Shown here: one piece after another, positions 61,970-64,000 of the stretch
Layout: each line of letters opens with the position of its first letter
Position numbering within the stretch: position 1 is the stretch's first letter
Source of the DNA: an uncultured Chloroflexia bacterium
GTDB lineage: Bacteria > Chloroflexota > Dehalococcoidia > GIF9 > UBA5629
Reading direction: 5' to 3'
DNA length: 64,000 nucleotides
NCBI GenBank assembly: GCA_963751585.1
Contig: CAVVVB010000003.1
Location: 8,667 to 72,666, forward strand
Notes under the pieces: generated by a model
The model's input: the letters and a program-made list of their open reading frames with translations, nothing else
What the model was told of the DNA's origin: nothing
Database searches by the model: none
Position numbers and translations under genes: made by a program

Positions 61970-62004
61970 CATAAGACTTGCCTCATGGATTTCTGACAAG
62001 AGCA

Positions 62005-62850
62005 TTATTTGCTGACCATTGTGAAACCATATTTTTCAAACACTGCTTTAGCTTGAGCGCTGAACAGGAAATTAAGGTAATCTTTGGCCGCATCCGGATT
62101 TTTACTGGCTTTGATAACGGCTACCGGATACACAATTTTAGCATTAATATCCGCCGGGGCGCTGGCCACTACTTTGACCTTATTGGAGGTTAAGGCATCG
62201 GTTGAATAGACAATACCGGCATCCACATTGCCGCTTTCAACATAGGTCAAGACCTGGCGCACATCAGCTGCCCAGGACTTCCTTGGGTTGTACTTGGGCG
62301 GTAATGCCGAGTTCGTCAAAAGCTTGATGGGCATAAGTTCCGGCGGGGACGGATTTCGGATCGCCAATGGCCACTTTTTTCACTTTATCGGAGGCCAGGT
62401 CGTTGAAACTGGTAAGGCCAAGAGTGCTGTCAGATGGGAACAATCATGACAACTTTGTTATTAAGAAGGTTCTTGCGGGTGTCATTTAAAATAATTCTTC
62501 CTTTTGCAGATTATCCATTTGAGTGGCGGCTGCCGAAATGAAAACATCTGCCGGGGCGCCGTTCTCAATCTGTGTTTGCAGTGTGCCGGATGAGGCGAAG
62601 TTCGGGGTGATGGTCACATTGGGTTTCCCCTGGGTATAAAGATTATTAATTTCTTTCAATACATCGGTCAGAGCTGGCGGCGGCAGACACGTTCAATTCC
62701 ACGAGCTTGGCCGCTGAGGCAGGTGTAGTTTCCGGGCGCCCGCGTTGGTGTAGATGTGCTGGCGCAGCCGCCCATGACCACTAGGAATAAGAGTAAGAAT
62801 ATCAGACCAAATGCAAAAAAGTTTGTCCTTTTAGAGACCTTTAAACTACC
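62005..62850 (-). pseudogene. modA: Molybdate-binding periplasmic lipoprotein ModA-like, frameshifted (5' boundary approximate)
   Basis: C-terminal ModA domain in ORF 62005..62367 (DAGIVYSTDA...AKIVYPVAVIKASKN). N-terminal parts, in other frames, include a lipoprotein signal (LIFLLLFLVVMGGCASTS) near 62830. A T10 homopolymer lies at 62862-62872. Confidence 0.65.
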
Positions 62851-63389
62851 TGATATCATAATATTTTTTTTTGAAGTTGCTGTCACAATAATCCCCTTTC
62901 TATTTTTGTTATTAGTTATGATGGGAACTTCGATCCCAGACCTTTTGCTGTCCCGCCCAAATGGCAATATGGAAAGTAGAAAGGTGATTATAGAAAAAGA
63001 ATAGCGCTTCCGCGGGGAAAGCGCCATATTCGCAATGATACCATCGAGTCCTCCTTTCCTATGACGGGAAGCATTGTTGTTTCCGACAATGCCGTCGAGG
63101 CCTTCGGCCTACCGGCTGCACACCATGGAATATCTCTTTAGATGTGTCAGCTTAGAAGATAGTTAGCATTTTATCATGCCACCCGATGGTCGTCAATCCG
63201 CTTTTAGCCAAACGTATTCGATATCAGTAGGCTCGTGCAAAATTTAGGAGACTCGGTCTTGAGCACGGTTTGTAGCGACTGGTTTATAGCCAGATCACGT
63301 TTGACAGTGCGAAGCACAAAATGGTAGCATTCGACGTCTTTCACAAACACATCGTCACGGCGTAAACAATCTATTCGGAGGTAAACACA

Positions 63390-64000
63390 ATGGGTAAAGC
63401 TCTAATTATCAATGTTAACCTGTGCAACGGCTGCTACAACTGCCAGATCTCCTGTAAGGACGAACATGTCGGTAATGACTGGACGCCCATCGCTAAGCCC
63501 CAACCGGACACAGGGCAGTTCTGGACAAAAGTTGAGGAGAAGATCAGAGGTACCGTTCCCAAGGTTAAGATGGCCTATATGCACCATATATGCCAGCATT
63601 GTGATGAGGCTCCCTGCATTACCGCCTGCCCGGTAAAGGCAATATACAAGAGAGATGACGGCATAGTCATCATAGACCCCGAGAAATGTACCGGCAGCCG
63701 GCTGTGCATGGACGCCTGTCCCTATAAAGTCATCTACTTCAACTGGGACTTAAACATCGCCCAGAAATGCACCTTCTGTGCCCACCTCCTGGACAAAGGC
63801 TGGAAGGAACCAAGGTGTGTCGATTCCTGTCCCACGGGAGCCTTCACCTTCGGTGAGGAAGAAGACCTCAAAGAACAAATCGCCAAGGCTGACATATTAT
63901 ACCGGAAAAGAAGACCAAGCCCAGGGTATATTACATCGGCATACCCAAGAGGTTTATCGCCGGGGCTGTTTATGACCCTGAAGAAGACGAATGTTTGCAA
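63390..64000 (+). CDS. Second Fe-S beta-subunit paralog (BthL-like), partial at the window edge, frameshift near 63915
   Basis: My own translation from the ATG at 63390 (RBS ggaggtaaacacaATG): MGKALIINVNLCNGCYNCQISCKDEHVGNDWTPIAKPQPDTGQFW..., about 70 percent identical to the 50957..51766 product. After ADIL the frame shifts (missing c in a ccc run) into ...PEKKTKPRVYYIGIPKRFIAGAVYDPEED. Confidence 0.8.
   Translation, partial: MGKALIINVNLCNGCYNCQISCKDEHVGNDWTPIAKPQPDTGQFWTKVEEKIRGTVPKVKMAYMHHICQHCDEAPCITACPVKAIYKRDDGIVIIDPEKCTGSRLCMDACPYKVIYFNWDLNIAQKCTFCAHLLDKGWKEPRCVDSCPTGAFTFGEEEDLKEQIAKADILYRKRRPSPGYITSAYPRGLSPGLFMTLKKTNVC

Noticed and set aside
63002-63030. Inverted repeat agcgcttcc-gcgggg-aaagcgc as a transcription terminator
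   Set aside because: It lies at the 5' side of both flanking genes (divergent modA and the beta-subunit paralog), the stem is imperfect and no U-tract follows. Function undetermined.

Overview
The window is a 64 kb bacterial chromosomal segment from a moderate-GC genome. An anaerobe is suggested by a tungsten-type aldehyde:ferredoxin oxidoreductase, a ferredoxin:thioredoxin reductase fused to rubredoxin, and pyrogallol-hydroxytransferase-like Mo enzymes.

Gene content:
- Housekeeping genes: lexA (partial at the left edge), rpsT, rel (RelA/SpoT), recN, typA, rlmB, nadA, cutA, a MOSC protein and a ThiF/MoeB E1.
- Sulfur operon 1: Rrf2 regulator, cysK, cysE and a cystathionine gamma-synthase/beta-lyase-family enzyme, preceded by a promoter-overlapping perfect palindrome.
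- Sulfur operon 2, tightly packed: ThrC-like PLP enzyme, NIL-domain protein, cysteine desulfurase and a PurM-like protein.
- Secretion-associated cluster: MacB/FtsX-type ABC pair, a secreted CARDB protein with a tandem Cys-rich tail and a Cys4 lipoprotein.
- Redox cluster: peroxiredoxin, FTR-rubredoxin and glutaredoxin.

Accessory regions:
- A low-GC island at the cutA 3' end (15.8-19.5 kb), bounded by partial copies of the cutA terminus and carrying a PD-(D/E)xK-like protein and an MBL-fold hydrolase.
- A low-GC restriction-modification/defense-like island (36.2-41.2 kb) with a DCD/PUA-like::DNA-methyltransferase fusion, a small nuclease-like protein, a Z1/SF2-like ATPase and a DUF.
- A polyphenol-type catabolic locus (45.6-58.5 kb) with three tandem, frameshift-riddled copies of a pyrogallol-hydroxytransferase-like large subunit. 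It also carries its Fe-S beta subunit, a second beta paralog at the right edge, three LivK-family binding lipoproteins and a LigW-like decarboxylase.
- A modABC operon with a TsaA/TrmO-like gene.

Several intergenic regions are packed with two families of small palindromic/MITE-like repeats. No rRNA, tRNA or CRISPR was recognised. A striking number of genes carry indels, several of them in homopolymer runs, pointing either to assembly indel errors or to gene decay.
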